Below are positions 28,958-43,830 of a stretch of DNA of 64,000 nucleotides, piece by piece. Source of the DNA: Chrysomallon squamiferum (taxonomy: Eukaryota > Animalia > Mollusca); the NCBI GenBank assembly GCA_012295275.1, contig CM022673.1, positions 7,750,001 through 7,814,000 on the forward strand. Direction: 5' to 3'. The notes under the pieces were generated by a model that was given only the letters and a program-made list of their open reading frames with translations, ran no database searches and had not been told where the DNA came from. Each line of letters starts with the position of its first letter. Position 1 is the first letter of the stretch. The translations under genes were made by a program, and so were the position numbers.

Positions 28958-31023
28958 GGCTCCATGTTGTCGCTGCTGTCGTTATTATATCATCATCATT
29001 ATTATCAACGTCATCATCATCACCATCATTTATTTATTTATTTATTTTATGAATTTGTTTATCATTAATTTTTTTACAAACTGATATCAGTTAATAACTT
29101 CCAATGACTAATCAACTTTTCAGTTATCAGAACTATTTCATCCTTCTAAATTTAAACTAATGTTAGGAATACTCAACGATAATGATTACTGTTGGCTTTA
29201 AGAGAGATAAACTAAACGTTACGGAATAGCACAACAGAATGATACCATATATTTTAAATTGAAAAAAAAAAAAAAAAAACAACATTGCCGGATAAATCAT
29301 TTTTGAATAAATATAATTTTATTGCCAACTGAAAAAAAAAAGAGAAGAAAAACCCAGCAGAAATAAAAAATTTTTTTTTTTTTTTGCCTTTGGGAAAGAA
29401 CAAATGAAGGACATGTTGTTGCTGAACAAACGTTGTAGTGTTTATTAATGTAAGTTCGATAGTCAACAACTTTCGCTATCTTTATTTTTAATTTCAATAT
29501 TTGTCATTTAAAGTTATGTCGTACAGTTCTAATGTTTATATACTTTCTACTTTTCCTTCGTTTTCTTCTTCTTCTTCTTCTTCTTCTCCTTCTTCTTCTA
29601 CTTTTGTTCTGGTTGTTGTCATGACAATTGAAACTGTCATGAATTTAATAAAATCAATATTTTGTTCAAGAAATGACTCAAGAGATATTTTGGTCCATTT
29701 GACATGTAATATAAAAATAATTTTAAAAAAAAACCAGTAAAATAAATAAGTAACTAATTAAATAAAACAAAGTATAATGAAATAAAATACAAAATAATAA
29801 AAAGGTTCAGGCATATTTATAATTTAGACATGATTATTTTTTTATTTTTTTGTACACAAAAGGTTTTAATAATATCAGATCGTTTACTGAAAAATAAATA
29901 GATTATTTTATTTTAAAAAATAAGGAAAGAAAGAAACAAAAAGAATAATGAAAACGAAAAAGAAAAGAAAGAAAACAGTAGAATAATAATAAAACGTAAT
30001 GATGATGATCATGATCATAACGATGAAGATGATAACTATTATATTTCATACAAAAATGCACTAAAGTTTTATAATGTCCGTGCTTACAAACTTGTACATG
30101 TATAAATATATGTTTGTATATAAGCAATAAATGGAAATATCTTTGAGGAAGAAATATAGACAGAAATAACTAAAATAAAAATTAAAATTATCTGTCACTC
30201 GACTTATTCTTTTAAGGATTACTGATCAAGTCTAATCCACAGATAAAACAGCTAGTGTATTTCAAGAAACGTGCTTATTTTACAAAGACACTGCATAATT
30301 ATATAAATCAAGTTTTCTAGAAATAAACTGCACAACATAAAACATTATTTTCTAAATATATAATGGTATACATTATTCAACTGAACACAGAAAATTCAGC
30401 GAATGAAACCTAAATTCAGTTATTATTATATCAATTTAACAAACTGAAAATATTATAACGGTATTTACGATAGTGTTTTATTAGAAATGATTAACATACT
30501 CCACAAATATACTGACTTCTTTTGAACCCATCTGTAATGGTCTATTGCAGAAAACGTTGCTACGATGCAGCAAGAGGTATATTTAACGAAATAAACAAAA
30601 TTACAAATGGCAAAGTTAAACTCGGTTTTCTCTGCTGTGATGTGAAAGGAAGGTGGGTATTAAAATATTAGAGACAAACAGGGAGACTGAGCTGAAAAAA
30701 TGTTCACATGAAGATACAGAATTTCGTCGAATGATGAAATAAGCATTAATGAAAAAGTTTATTGTTTTATGTCGTATCTCATCCAGATAGATATATTAAT
30801 TTTCTTGCAGCCTTTCAACAGTATAAAACTAACACAAATACTTTTTTTCAATCCTGTTTTATTTCAACGATCATTACGTGTATGAGTTATGTACAGATTT
30901 GCTTAATTAATGTGAATTCAACCATAAGTAGATACTCAGAAACGCGTCTGTTTTTGGTCAGCCATATTGTTTTGACCTACTTTTACTGACTTTTGTACGG
31001 CTTGATTTATTCTCTGTTTCATG

Positions 31024-31347
31024 CAAGGCCGGATTTCCCATATAGGCTTTCTAGGCTAGAGCCTAGGGCGGCAGGATGATAGGGGCGGCAGTTTAAGAAA
31101 ATTGTTCCTGGTCAGTGTTGCCAATTATGCGCCTTTCGCTCACAATTGGGCGCTTTTTTAGGAGACTGTGCGCTAATATTGAGTTGTGCGCTTTGTTAAA
31201 ATTTGGGCTCTTTAGACCTAATTCAATTAAATTATTATGACTAAGAATAAATAAATACCTATTGTGGGAAGGCTGAAGTGGGCTTGAAGAGGGGGCGGTA
31301 CAATATCTATAGCCTATGGGGCGACTAGAACAATAAATCCGGCGCTA
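31024..31347. mobile_element. Non-autonomous DNA transposon (MITE), probably hAT superfamily, 324 bp
   Basis: Imperfect 13-bp terminal inverted repeats CAAGGCCGGATTT / AAATCCGGCGCTA. Flanked by 8-bp near-direct repeats GTTTCATG (31016-31023) and ATTTCATG (31348-31355), the TSD length typical of hAT. GC-rich relative to flanks, with repeated subterminal AGCCTA/GGGCGG motifs. Confidence 0.8.
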
Positions 31348-32780
31348 ATTTCATGTCCTAACTCAATAAAAACTTCATAATAGAAAAGTTTGAAGTCTTG
31401 TCTTTGCGTTTATTTCACGAATGTTACCTCGTATTTTGTAAAAAAAACACCATTTAATTTCAAATAGAAGTGCCTTGAAATTGCCGGGCTGTTTCTACAA
31501 AACCTCGGTCATGCACTACTTAGTACAGATCACGGGGTTAACTCTACGAGCTTTCTTCCTGCGAGAAGTCTTGACCACACAGAAATACAATAGCTTAGCT
31601 TCATTTGTCTGCCCAACATGCTGGAAAACGTGTATGAAAAATATTATAAAATTTCTTACGTAAATTCAGACCATTGAAGCCGATTCACTCCCGAGTCAGA
31701 AAGTGACAGAACAAACCGATTCTCCGAAATCAGAACCTCTTGCATTCTGTTTGAAAGTTTTTAGTTTGTTAGCAGAATGATCATTCTTTTCACAAGATGC
31801 CGCATAAAATTGCGATTTAATCTGGGTTCAAATGATATTGGAACCGATTACGTAAACACTGACTGTGCGTCCAGCTTCATTAATAAATCATCAAAGTCAT
31901 TTAGGTACATTGTTTCTCGGCATAATGTTAGTTATAGACTTTGTGTTGGATACCTTCAGCAAAAAATCTGTGAAGGTTTTGTGCAGTTTATTTATTTATT
32001 TTTGACGTCCGATAAAGTGACTGCAGTTTCTCTCATCTGATGCTGTGATCTAACAATAGCCTTTTATTTTATTTATTTTTTTGGTTGTTTATTCAATAAT
32101 ATTTAGCGTTTTATTTTCTTCTGCTGCTGTTGTGGCACTAATACTGAAACTGGTCTTGGAATATGTGTGTTTAATCAGTGACATTTGGGGAAAACTAAGC
32201 TTGTTATGTTTGTAACCTGTTCCAGAACATACTACCTACATGATAAATAACAACGTACGTCACTCAGTAGAAATTTCCTTATTTCACTCTCCTGTTTGGT
32301 TTGACATCTGTTTCACAAGTGCCCTCCCACATTCAAACAGGTTCTCGGAAATACGTATTCTGGAGTCGCTTCTTAAACCTTAGCCAAATGAAATTCAGCT
32401 TCTGCTCCATCACACAAACTTGTAACTCTTTTACGTACTATTGCAGTGTAATTCATAATCCATCCAGTTTTTTGTCCGTGTGTTTTCAATATAGTCTAGC
32501 TGTAAAGTGATTTGAGTCCGGCTCTCAGGAAAAAAGGATAATCAATAAGTTATTTTTATTATTTTATAGACTTTTTTTTTTTTTTTTTTGGACTGAAATT
32601 GAACTGCAAAGAAAACTGCAACTTATTAAAAGAAAAAGAAGAAGAAGAAGAAGAAAATGAATGTACTAATTTATCACTTCCGAACGTATTTCATTATCTA
32701 AATCTTTTCACTCTCGTTAATTTGGCATAAAAAAAAATATATGTTTGTAATACAATTTAATGCGAAGTTTGAACTACTCA

Positions 32781-32816
<36 letters not shown>

Positions 32817-33273
32817 CTACTGCAAATAAATGATTTTACCAGCTTTGGCTTCACATATTATTGTAAATTACTTTGCAGAGTTGAGAGAACAAAAATAATT
32901 AAACTGAATATTTGGAACAAACAGTATGATAAATCATGAAATAAGCTTTATCAGAGACGATCCGGTCCAGAAAGGTCCGTTAAAACGAGATTTCTTCTTT
33001 AAATACTGAAAAATATGTAACTTTAGAACTATTTGAACGACAACTTTGAACATTTTATCAATAAAGTTAGGACCAAAAGATCTACAGTTTCAGTCAGGAG
33101 TCAACCTTGTATTTGCCAAACAACAAAGCACTTTTGAGTACCTACTTATTATATAATAAGTACTTAGTTTCTTTCTAGACACACTAGTATTTATAAACAA
33201 ATAATACTTTAACAAAGTCACAAATCAGACAATATACCCGGAGGCTCCCATTTTCTTCTATTTCGTGACGTCA

Positions 33274-33313
<40 letters not shown>

Positions 33314-33485
33314 CATCCATCCATCCATCCATCTATCTATCTATCTATCTATCCATCCATCCATCCATCCATCCATCCATCCATCCATCCATCCATCCAT
33401 CCATCCATCCATCCATCCATCCATCCATCCATCTATCTATCTATCTATCTATCTATCTATATATCTATATATATATATATATATG
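33274..33485. repeat. Compound (ATCT)n/(ATCC)n/(AT)n microsatellite
   Basis: Directly visible. Confidence 0.95.
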
Positions 33486-33874
33486 TAGACAGACAGATAG
33501 ATATATAGATAATATGATTTTATTCACTGTGGTTTGTTCACCTTTATCACCACTAACACTGTCGCTGAAAAATCGAAACGTCGCATCCATGTCGTGTACT
33601 AAATATGGCTTCCACTTCATTTTACCAATTAAATTCAAACAATGCTGGCCTGGCATACTTCTCACTATTAAATTACTTCTCAGCTTCTGTTTTCGGCGTT
33701 GTCTGATATGGCGATGACGGCTCAATCCTATTCCAATTTTGTCTGTTCGTTCTAAACCGTCTGTGAGCACCTGCAGTGAAAAACAAATGACATTATCTTC
33801 GGAGGAGTCCCTGGTGATTAGTAACTTGTCTGAGAGCAAATGCTGTTGGTTGGAGTTGAGGGAAAAAATTTAAA

Positions 33875-33911
<37 letters not shown>

Positions 33912-34054
33912 CTGTCTGTGTTTGCCAACTCAGTCGTGATAGTGTCATTCTCCATTAAAAACAATTTAGATCCTTTATTCATAATTAAAACAAGTTTTTC
34001 GTTCTTTCCTTAACAAAATTGATTATTGTTTATAAAGTTCTGAATTCGTTTGTT

Positions 34055-34500
34055 GAAACCAGTTATCTTGCATTCGTTACTGGAACCAGTTATTTTTCAT
34101 TCGCTATTGAAATAATAACAATTAATTTCCATTTGTTACTAAAAACAGTTGTTTTTCATTCGTTACGGAAACCAATTATTTTCCATTCGTTATAGAAACC
34201 AGTTATTTTCCAGTCGTTATAGAAACCAGTTATTTTCCATTCGTTACAGAAACCAATTATGTTCCATTCGTGACTAAAACTAGTTATTTTTCATTTCTTT
34301 ACTGAAACCAATCATTTTCCATTTGTTACTAACAACAGTTATCTTCCCTTCGTTACTGAAACCAATTATTTTCCATTCGTTATTGAAACCAATTATGTTC
34401 CATTCGTTATAGAAACCAGTGGTTTTCCATTCGTTACGAAAATCAGTTATTTTCAGGGTTGTTTCTGAAATCAGTTATTTTTTCCTTCGCTACAGAAACT
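34055..34500. repeat. Minisatellite, 27-bp unit (consensus GAAACCAGTTATTTTCCATTCGTTACT), about 16 copies
   Basis: Head-to-tail diverged units counted by hand; no spacers. Confidence 0.92.
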
Positions 34501-35195
34501 TGCTGTCATTGGACTTTGAGCAGCTTCATTTTTTTATTATTATTATGTTCCTACTTCTCATTACATGTATGACACGTATAATTAAATTGTCGTTAAGTAA
34601 ATCATTTCCTTTTTCCTTTTTCTTTGCTTACCCCACCCCCTTTTCATTCCTTCTGAACCAATTTCTTATAATATTATTATAATTGACACTGTCTAGTCTA
34701 TTTTGGTCAGCGTGACTCGGTACAGTAATTGTTGTTACATACGGAAGCAGGACTTCCTTATATGACAGAACCATGTGTTTTTTTCTCTCAGTGACAACAA
34801 GGGTATGTGTTGTTCTAGACTTTGTGTCAACAAGTTTAAATTACCAGTACTAATTGTTATTCTTTCCTTGTTCTCTTTTTTTTTTCCTGTCCTTGCTTTA
34901 ATCGTTCTTTTCATTCTTTTGTTGATTTCTGTTTTTCTTTTTAATTCCCCCCCTTTAATTGTAATTAAATAAACTAAACGATAAATTATAAAGGACAAAG
35001 AATAAATAAAAATAGCAGTTTTATATATGTGTGTGTGTGTGCGTGTGCGTGTGCGTATGTGTGTGTGTGCGTGTACGTGTTTTTCATGTGTGTGTGTGTG
35101 CGTGTACGTGTTTTTCATGTGTGTGTGTGTGTGTTTCATTTCTTTTATATTAATATTACTGTTTTTGTTTTTTGTTATTTTTCGTTTCACTTTTT

Positions 35196-35231
<36 letters not shown>

Positions 35232-35242
35232 TTTCTTTGTGT

Positions 35243-35325
35243 TAAAGCCTGTGGTATGTCTTTTTCCATCTAAGGGACGGCACACAAAAATATCTCTTGT
35301 TGCTATTCGAAAGAGTAGGCCGTTT
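35243..35325 (+). mobile_element. Degenerate SINE core fragment
   Basis: TAAAGCCTGTGGTATGTCTTTTTCCATCTA matches TAAAGGCAGTGGTATGTGATTTTTCTGTCTA at 44207. The continuation matches the reverse complement of about 43040-43078. Resembles a gastropod tRNA-derived SINE core as I recall it (unverified). Confidence 0.5.
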
Positions 35326-35659
35326 TGTCTTTTGCACTCATTCGTACACAGTCTTTACCCTTTTGCATGACAAACCTTTTAACCAAAGTAATACATCATC
35401 ATAAGCACGACGTAACACAGAACGACTGAACATAGGTGAGCACGGTTTACACAAAGAAAAACGTAAAGCACAATATAAACCAGAGGAGAACTGCAATTTG
35501 TGGAATTACGTTGCTCGAACATAACGCTCAGTGCAAACTAGGCTAATTGGATTCACAATGTTCAAACAGGTTTTTACAGCAGCCTCCTACGTGTGTTAAC
35601 TAAGAAAGAATTCTGTTACGGCGTTACTTACAACTGACAGAAGCTGACGTAAAACTGGA

Positions 35660-36090
35660 TTTCTCGATTCTTTTTTTTTTGTTTGTTTTTCTCCCAGTAG
35701 TATACCATGCAGCGTACTCTGATAAATCTGTTCCAACGTTTTCAATTTAAGCCCTGTAATACCATTAATTTACGAGGTATATTTTTTTATATATAAAAAT
35801 GCACAGACGCAGTTCAGTGTATGTTCTTGTAAAACAAAATAAAAGTGAAATGACCTTTTCATTAGGTAAAACATGATCCCTCGATTCCTTTTCTCGTCCA
35901 TTTGCACCAAAAAAAAAAAAGAAAAAAAAAGCGCACTCTTAGAAAATTTATGAAAACTGTTCCGACGTTTTCAGTGTAAGCACTTGGAACGCAGTTTTTT
36001 TTTTGCGTATTTCTTTTGTTTTTAAATAAAAATGTATAGACACATTTCAGTGTATGTTCTTGTAAAATAAAAAATAAAAATGGTCAGTCT
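35660..36090. repeat. Diverged tandem duplication, unit about 220-230 bp, 2 copies
   Basis: Collinear paired anchors: CTCGATTC (35663/35880), CTGTTCCRACGTTTTCA (35728/35957) and TTCAGTGTATGTTCTTGTAAAA (35813/36046). Confidence 0.8.
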
Positions 36091-36781
36091 GTTTAAACTT
36101 TTTATTATTATTGTCGTTATTACTATTATTATTATTGTTGTTGTTGTTGTTGTTGTTGTTGATGCTGCTGCTGCTGTAATTGTTGTTACTGTCGTTTTGG
36201 TTAGTCTTAATTTCTTTTTCTTGTTCTTGTTCTTCTTCTTCTTATTATTATTATTACTTCGAGCCTTTTTCCTACACTTATCAAGGTGGGTTATTTTTTA
36301 ATATTGCATCTGTTTATTCCTTGTTGTGATGGCCCATGTATACCAAAACAAAATAGGATAGGTAACAATAAGAGACAACGGTTAAACACCAGTCTTCTTA
36401 ATATGGACTCATGCATAATCATCTTGTCTAAGCATCATTTACAAACATGCCATCATCATCCAATACACAAAAACCAGAAAGGTGAGCTAAATGGTATTTC
36501 TGATTCTAATTACCTGGAACGTGGTGTCTCTTATAAACCAAGCTTAACGCAAATTGCTTTATTCGAAACCGCGTGAAATGAAAGATTAGTGCAGTCTAGC
36601 AAAGAAACGAATAAAATGTTACGCAAAGCGACGGTTATAAGAATGCAGATAGGAAAGTCCCGATAAGTTTATGTCAAACTATATCAAATGAGTTACAAGA
36701 ACGCAAACGAAATATTTCTGACAACTAGAAGAATAACTGGAAGATTAAAACCAACGACAACACATTTTTTTCTGAAACGTG

Positions 36782-36820
<39 letters not shown>

Positions 36821-38472
36821 CATTTTACTCGTCTTATTTCTTTACAGGATACATAATTCCTTATTTTTACTTATTTCACTTTTGAAAATCTCTCCGTAAG
36901 ACATACTACCTCACAAACCATAAAATCAAAAAATACACATATGAATATTCATAACGTAGGTTTGTTTTGAAAGACTGTAAAGACGATCGTCGACAAAGAC
37001 AATACGGTTTTTCTATCGATCCGGCCCTTCGACAAGATAGCTGTCGGCAGCAACGACAGACGGTTAAATGAACGCAGATTGCGAACAACAACAGCAAACG
37101 CGATGTGCTAAGTGTGGATGTCCTGTCGTGGCATCGTGTGTACGAGTAACTCTGTAACAGGTGGTCTAACATCTTTGCTAATATTTCAAGCTGCCGTACA
37201 GTTCACTTTCAAATACGTTGTCGAGAAAATAGTTTCAGACAAAAAAAAAAAAAAAAAAATTAAATTAAAAATTAAATTTATAACTGAAATGAGTCTATAG
37301 GATAACACAATTGACAAATTAATTATAACAATAATTTAAAAATTAAAACAAGAAGAAGTGAAAGAAAGCAGAACTAGTTTAAAAGTAAAAAAAAAAAAAG
37401 TACTGACAACCATTTGAAAGATGTGAATCTGACCGAGTTGAAAGACATGTAATGCTTTCAGAGGATACGCGATCATTTGGGAAGACAGAGATACAATTAT
37501 CTGCAAGATATGTGACACTGTCAGACGATAAGTGACTATTTAAGAAGCTATGTGCTTATTTGGAAAGAAACATAAAAGTCTGTCGACGTACAGATTCACA
37601 AGATTAATACACCGTGATACAGATCTGAAACATTTTGTTCTCACGAAAGACGACAAGAAGAAAAAAGACACTTGTTTTGTTGTTCGCTGTTGTGTGAAGA
37701 GTTAGTCAAAGCAAAAACTAAAGTTTTTCAACCACAGAACTGTGAATCTAGGTTCTGATGAAAACCTCGTCAACAGACCCAGAAATAAAACACACACGTT
37801 AATTTGATGAAGTGTATATCAAGGGTTTGTCGCAGGCTTGTTACTTTCTAGTTAACACAGTGTTCTGAATCGTCAAATCACGGATCACATTTCAGTCTGC
37901 AACCATAGAGAATAAAACTAAATTTTTAAAATGAAGAAAACAAACTGTTTATGGTCGACTTTGTAAGATCTTGTTTGGAAAAATAAGCTGTGGTCGAGAT
38001 TTGAATTCTCCAAATCTTTCAACCAAAAAAAAAAAAAAAAAAAAGTAAATAAATAAAATAATAAAATTAATAAATTTGACATCGTAAACACTGAAATATT
38101 TTAAATCTGGATTCCATGAAAGAGAAAAAAACTCTGTAAAGGAAAAGAATCGGTTATTTTAAAATTGGACGCAACGAGAATTCAACATTTCTAAACCTGG
38201 ACATTATATGTTTAACCATTCCTCAGAGACGTGAATAGATATTGAATAATACAGCATTTAGTTTTCAATCAGTTCCTGCTTTATGAACCTAGAAGAAAAA
38301 AGACTTTTAATAATAACTTTTACATCTCGTACAAACGACTGACTGGAGAAAGTCATACTACACTGTAATTGGAACATAAACATCACAATTTGGGCTACAT
38401 CTCGATTTGCAAGACAACAAACAGCTAACATATTCACACGGTGAGTTTTTTTATTTAGTATTCATTAATATG

Positions 38473-38560
<88 letters not shown>

Positions 38561-39717
38561 AAATGGATACTTTTTTATAATTAATAAAGGAAAGGTCGAT
38601 ACTTTGTAAAATAAACATGTGAACAGTTAAGGAATCAGTAATCTGTAGTTTCAAATTCAACGAGAGAATGAAGAAGAAAGTCTGTGTCAGTTTTAAATGT
38701 CTGGTTTTAATAGAAAAAGGCTAATACATCTTGCAGGACTAATCTGGAACGATCAAACTATAATTCACGGGACGTTCATGCCATGGAGTTCAAAATCGAT
38801 ACTGTTTCATTGCACCCATTTAGATGTTCACATTCCAACCAGATATCCATAACTTGTTCCTAATTTGTTTTTGTAAAGTATTTCCCAACTTATGGGAAAG
38901 AGCAGATCAAAAAATTCCTTTGCTACAAATACATAACATTAACCGTGATGTTTCCTTTCTCACTGCTTCACCATCACCTTCGCGGAACGTCTTTAAGTCC
39001 GTATCCCACGACTGTTCTTTTTTTATATGAAAATCACGAGAAATTAAAGTAAAATGGAATTAATGTCATAAAATTTCTTTTTCAACACTCATTCAGTAAA
39101 TATTAATAAACTTATCGTAAACAGTAAATCTTTTATTATTATTATTATTATTATATATTTCTGTATAAAAGAAAAAGATCCTGTTGCGTCTAATTGACAG
39201 TAGCGATAGAAGGAATAATTTTAATAGACATAGTAGCATTACAGCAGTGTATGCAGTAGTAGTAGCAGCAGTAGTAATAGTAGCAGCGGCAATAGTACTA
39301 ATACAATTGGTATTACTAGTAAAAGTAGCAGTAGTAGTACTAGAGCAACAGTAGTGATAGCTGTAGTAGTTGTAGTTGTAGTAATTGTAGTAGAAGTAGT
39401 AGCATTAATAGCAATAATAGTAGCAGCAGCAGCAGCAGTAGTAGTACTCGTGGTAGTGGTAGCAGTAGTAGTAGATATATAAAGAAATACACAGAAAATA
39501 AACTGACTGAATTACTCACTTAAAAAAACGAGTGCAAAAAGTTGATCGCCCTTTAGGGAGTATTGTAAACCGTTTCTCGCTGTCACCTGCAACTGTTAGA
39601 ACTAGGTTTTACACACTTTTGTTATGATAATACAGCAGCTGGTAACCCACTTTGTTAAAACTAATTATATTAAGTCGCAGGGAAGATTTCCCAAAACTAG
39701 TTAGTTTAGTCAGTGCA

Positions 39718-39836
<119 letters not shown>

Positions 39837-39946
39837 CTCAATGAAGTTGAGCCCAAGCAGTCAGACGTTTACATTTCTGTTATGTGACAATATTATATAC
39901 ATACACACACATACACATACACACACGCACACATACACACACACAC

Positions 39947-39987
<41 letters not shown>

Positions 39988-40233
39988 CACATACATAGAC
40001 ACACACACACACTCAAAAAACCCACAAAAATACACGCACACAAAAAGCCCAGATACGTAACAAAAAAAACAAAAAACAAAAATAAATATATTAATAATAA
40101 TAATAAAATAAAATACGCGCACATACACAGGGAGAGAGTCAGACAAAAAACTCGCACGCGTACACAATTTATTTAGACCTTCTGTCTAGACCAAGCTGTC
40201 TAACTTTCACATTTCTCTTAATTAACAATATAT

Positions 40234-40285
<52 letters not shown>

Positions 40286-40894
40286 AATACACACACAAAC
40301 ACACACACAAACACACACACAAACACATACACATATACAAACACACACACACACACACACACATATATACATATATTCAAGTTCTTAAATTGTCCAAAGA
40401 GTCCCGTGCGAAAAACCTATTCCCACTGCAATTATTATTATTGTAATAAACCGCGAGAACGTAGATCGTCTAACAACGATTCACTTGCACTTACGTCTTA
40501 CTAACTTGACAGGATAATTCGACCTCTGAACCGGATCGAATGCCATTTAGTGTAAGGCAATCATAAGTCATTCCCAGTTTCTTCTACAACCAAATTACAA
40601 CCAGCTATCCGGCTGTAATTCCCATTTCTTTGATCGCAGCGACGAAGGTGAAGATTACGACTGATCGACGTCGCGTCAATGTTTGACTTTCGCCGAGCAA
40701 TGATCAGGTCGTGAAATTTAAACGGTTATACCCCAAAAATAGAAATTTGTGCTGGATGACTGAAATGAAGTTAAAATATGGAGAAAGAAACGTTCAGCCG
40801 AAATATCAATACAAAGAGAGAGGTCAGAAGAAGGCCACAAAATTCTATATCTGTACGTTTCTGACATTGCTCTTATTTTATTATTATTATTATG

Positions 40895-40969
<75 letters not shown>

Positions 40970-41139
40970 TGTAGTAGTAGTAGTAGTACTTAATACATTT
41001 ATGGGCAACAAAAAATGTAATCTTATCTAATCTTATCTTCTAGTAAAACATTTTAGAAGTTTTATTATTTTAGTTATTTAAAATCTATGCTGTCGTACTG
41101 GCGCAGTGCACTAATTATACAAGAAACCACGACGTCGGG

Positions 41140-41242
41140 ACACGTTCTCACTCACGACTGAGTAAACCATTGTCGCTACATGGCAGAAATGCCGATTCGG
41201 GGACTCGAACTTGCGTCCACCATTCTGACGTTTGCGCCGTGA
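41140..41242 (-). mobile_element. Degenerate tRNA-derived SINE fragment with a Pol III B-box
   Basis: The minus strand reads ...GCAAGTTCGAGTCCCCGAATCGGCA...GCCATGTAGCGACAATGGTTTACTC. GTTCGAGTC fits the B-box, but no tRNA cloverleaf can be folded. Confidence 0.4.
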
Positions 41243-42951
41243 CAACGTTATGGGAAGAGCAGTAATAATTCATTAAATACAGCTTTCCAGATAATTTATT
41301 CGGCTCTTAATAATAAAGAATAATACTAATAATAATATCTGAAAACATTAAAACCTACATTAAAGGCAGCCGTTCTATTCATGTTTTATGACGTAATTTC
41401 GTACATAACTTTCTATTTGTTCTTTCTTCTTCTTCTTCTACTTTTTTATTATTTTTTTATTTTTATTATTATTATTTTTTTTTTTTTTTTTTTTTTGTGT
41501 GTGATATTTTTACATACAGTAACTTTGCCAAGATTTAGCCATAAAGGAAATATATTATCAACCAAAAAAGTGAGGAAATTATTGTCAGTGTTACTTATAT
41601 TTCAGTTATATTTCTTCGCACGATGTGAAGTCATGAAAAGACAATGACAAAAATGTCATAAACTTGCGATAAGTTAAATTTGATATTTACAAATACATAA
41701 AACAATCACTGAGATTTAAGGAATTTAGTATAGGCTTCTCGTTAGGATTAGTGTTTAAATTACGGTCGAGGAAGTTTGTCTGAAAAGTGGACCTGAACGA
41801 ACTTCAGCTGAAGTTTTTATGAATAAATTTGTTAAAAACATCTTACAGAAAATTCGGTAGAGTTTGAAATATCCCCAAGTCTAGTATATAGTGAGTGATA
41901 TATTGAAACAATACACCAATGTAATTTTGCACTTTTCTTAAGCTATTAGCCATTTTCTACGGTATGTCACAGTGTGACGTAATTTGATCTCAACGAACAC
42001 GATCATTGTTTGTTTTATCTGTTTTTCCAAATCTATTTTTGTTAGCAGAATGCGGCCTACCTTCAGGTGTAATTATTTCAGTTAATGAGTAGCAAAGACA
42101 GTTAAATTCCACGATGGATGCTAAATTTCAGAGGTTTTAAGCTTCTGTTATACATTTAAAAATAAGAAATGCAACTAGGAACAATTATTTTTGGTTTATT
42201 TTTGGGAAGAAAACAATCCTCTCCAAAAAAAAAAAAATTAAAAATTAAAAAAATAAAATCAGTGTACGAAACATTTAAAAAAAAAAAAAATTATTGTAAA
42301 TCATATGATTTCATTTAATGAGAATTTATTTTTAAAATTATTATTATTATTATTATTTTGGGATACTTTTACTAAATCAATCTTTCTACGTAATAAATAA
42401 CTATGTTTATCAGAAGAGGACGAAAAGCTGTTTATTTGTTAGTCCTGACTGAATGAATGGTGAACACTAATGCTTTGGGCCACATTTTGCAGCACAGAAA
42501 ATTTGTAACGGCTTTATCGAGAAGCCTTTGCTATATCACTCCATTAGACACGAAGGGAATCGGGCTTCATCGCATTATGTAAGCGCTTAACCGCGAAATT
42601 GTGAAATTTAAAAAGAACTTCCAGTTTAAACGAAACGCAGGTTTTTTTTTTTTTTTTTTTCTTCTTCTTCTGGCCATTGATTAACAGAGGTTTCATAAAC
42701 AGAAACTTGACTAGAGGCACCTACTTTGACATTTGGATCAGTGAAGGTAGGTTCTCTGATGTCTAAAGATTAATGGCATTTATGCATATTAACAGAATAA
42801 ACATAGCATCCGTTTTGAAAAAAAAGAAGCATTTCTCAAGGACATGACAGAGAAAGAGTTAGTAATCTAGTCCACAACATGTAGTTAAAAACACTCACGC
42901 ACCTTGTTTAAAACTTACGTCAGACATGCTGCCTAACACCGACATTTGTGG

Positions 42952-43140
42952 GGTTTTAACACCACTAAAGATCAGTTATCTGTTACTGGATGCTGGGTGT
43001 TAAACCGTTTGTTACGTCTGGCGGCAGAGGTGCTTCAGTTTCCAATAAAACCGAGGGATCTGTTATGTGCACATTCCTCACGGGTTTCAACGGTCAGTGA
43101 CAACCAGTCGCAATACGCCGCCTGGAATGGGAAATAATCA
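42952..43140 (-). mobile_element. Degenerate SINE copy (core and 3' tail)
   Basis: Similar in reverse complement to 35275-35312. Its left end (TTTAACACCAC...GGATGCTGGGTGTTAAACC) resembles the LINE 3' end at 52296-52349 (TTTAACAACAACCC...GGCTGTTGTATGTCAAACC). Confidence 0.5.
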
Positions 43141-43406
43141 ACTGTAGCAGACTGAGTCAAGTAAATACAGTCTGTCAGAGCTGACAAAATGTCAAGCAGT
43201 TAGATCAGTGCAAGGCTGAAATCAATCCAGTATTTTGAAGATTGTATTCAATATTCAGCAGACTTCATAAATGTGAGAGATTGAAAATGAGAGGAATGCA
43301 CAGAAAGGAATGTAAATTCGGTTAAATTAACGCTGAAGTGAGTAATGCCTCTAAGGTACAACAGCTGAGTATACTCAAAGACCCGGCGTGTGCGTAATTT
43401 ACGGAA

Positions 43407-43525
<119 letters not shown>

Positions 43526-43830
43526 TACTGTTACATTTAATCGGTCATTTTGACACTAAGAGTTATACCTGCAGGGAATAACAGCTGTCTGCAATCAACG
43601 AAGTTTTTGATTTTTCATGATTTCACCACGAAAGGTAATTTAAACAGTGAAGCGGAGGTAATTAAACCAGTCCCAAATAGCGTAACAAACTGATGTCATC
43701 ATGGACACTCCATTATTTGTGTCGCAAAATAATAATTAAAAAAAATAATAATAGATAAGCTGCCAATTAAGTAATATAAAGATGAATTGAGAAAATAATT
43801 GCATTTTTTTTTATACTATTATTCAGGAAA

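Noticed and set aside
33465-33839. 124-aa minus-strand ORF with an internal acceptor-like TTTTTCACTGCAG
   Set aside because: No recognisable domain, runs into a microsatellite, and no partner exons were found.
34055-34500. CRISPR-like regular array
   Set aside because: Units are contiguous and diverged with no unique spacers; eukaryotic context with no cas genes.
41180-41242. Possible tRNA gene on the minus strand
   Set aside because: A B-box is present but the T-stem and acceptor stem do not pair; treated as a SINE relic.
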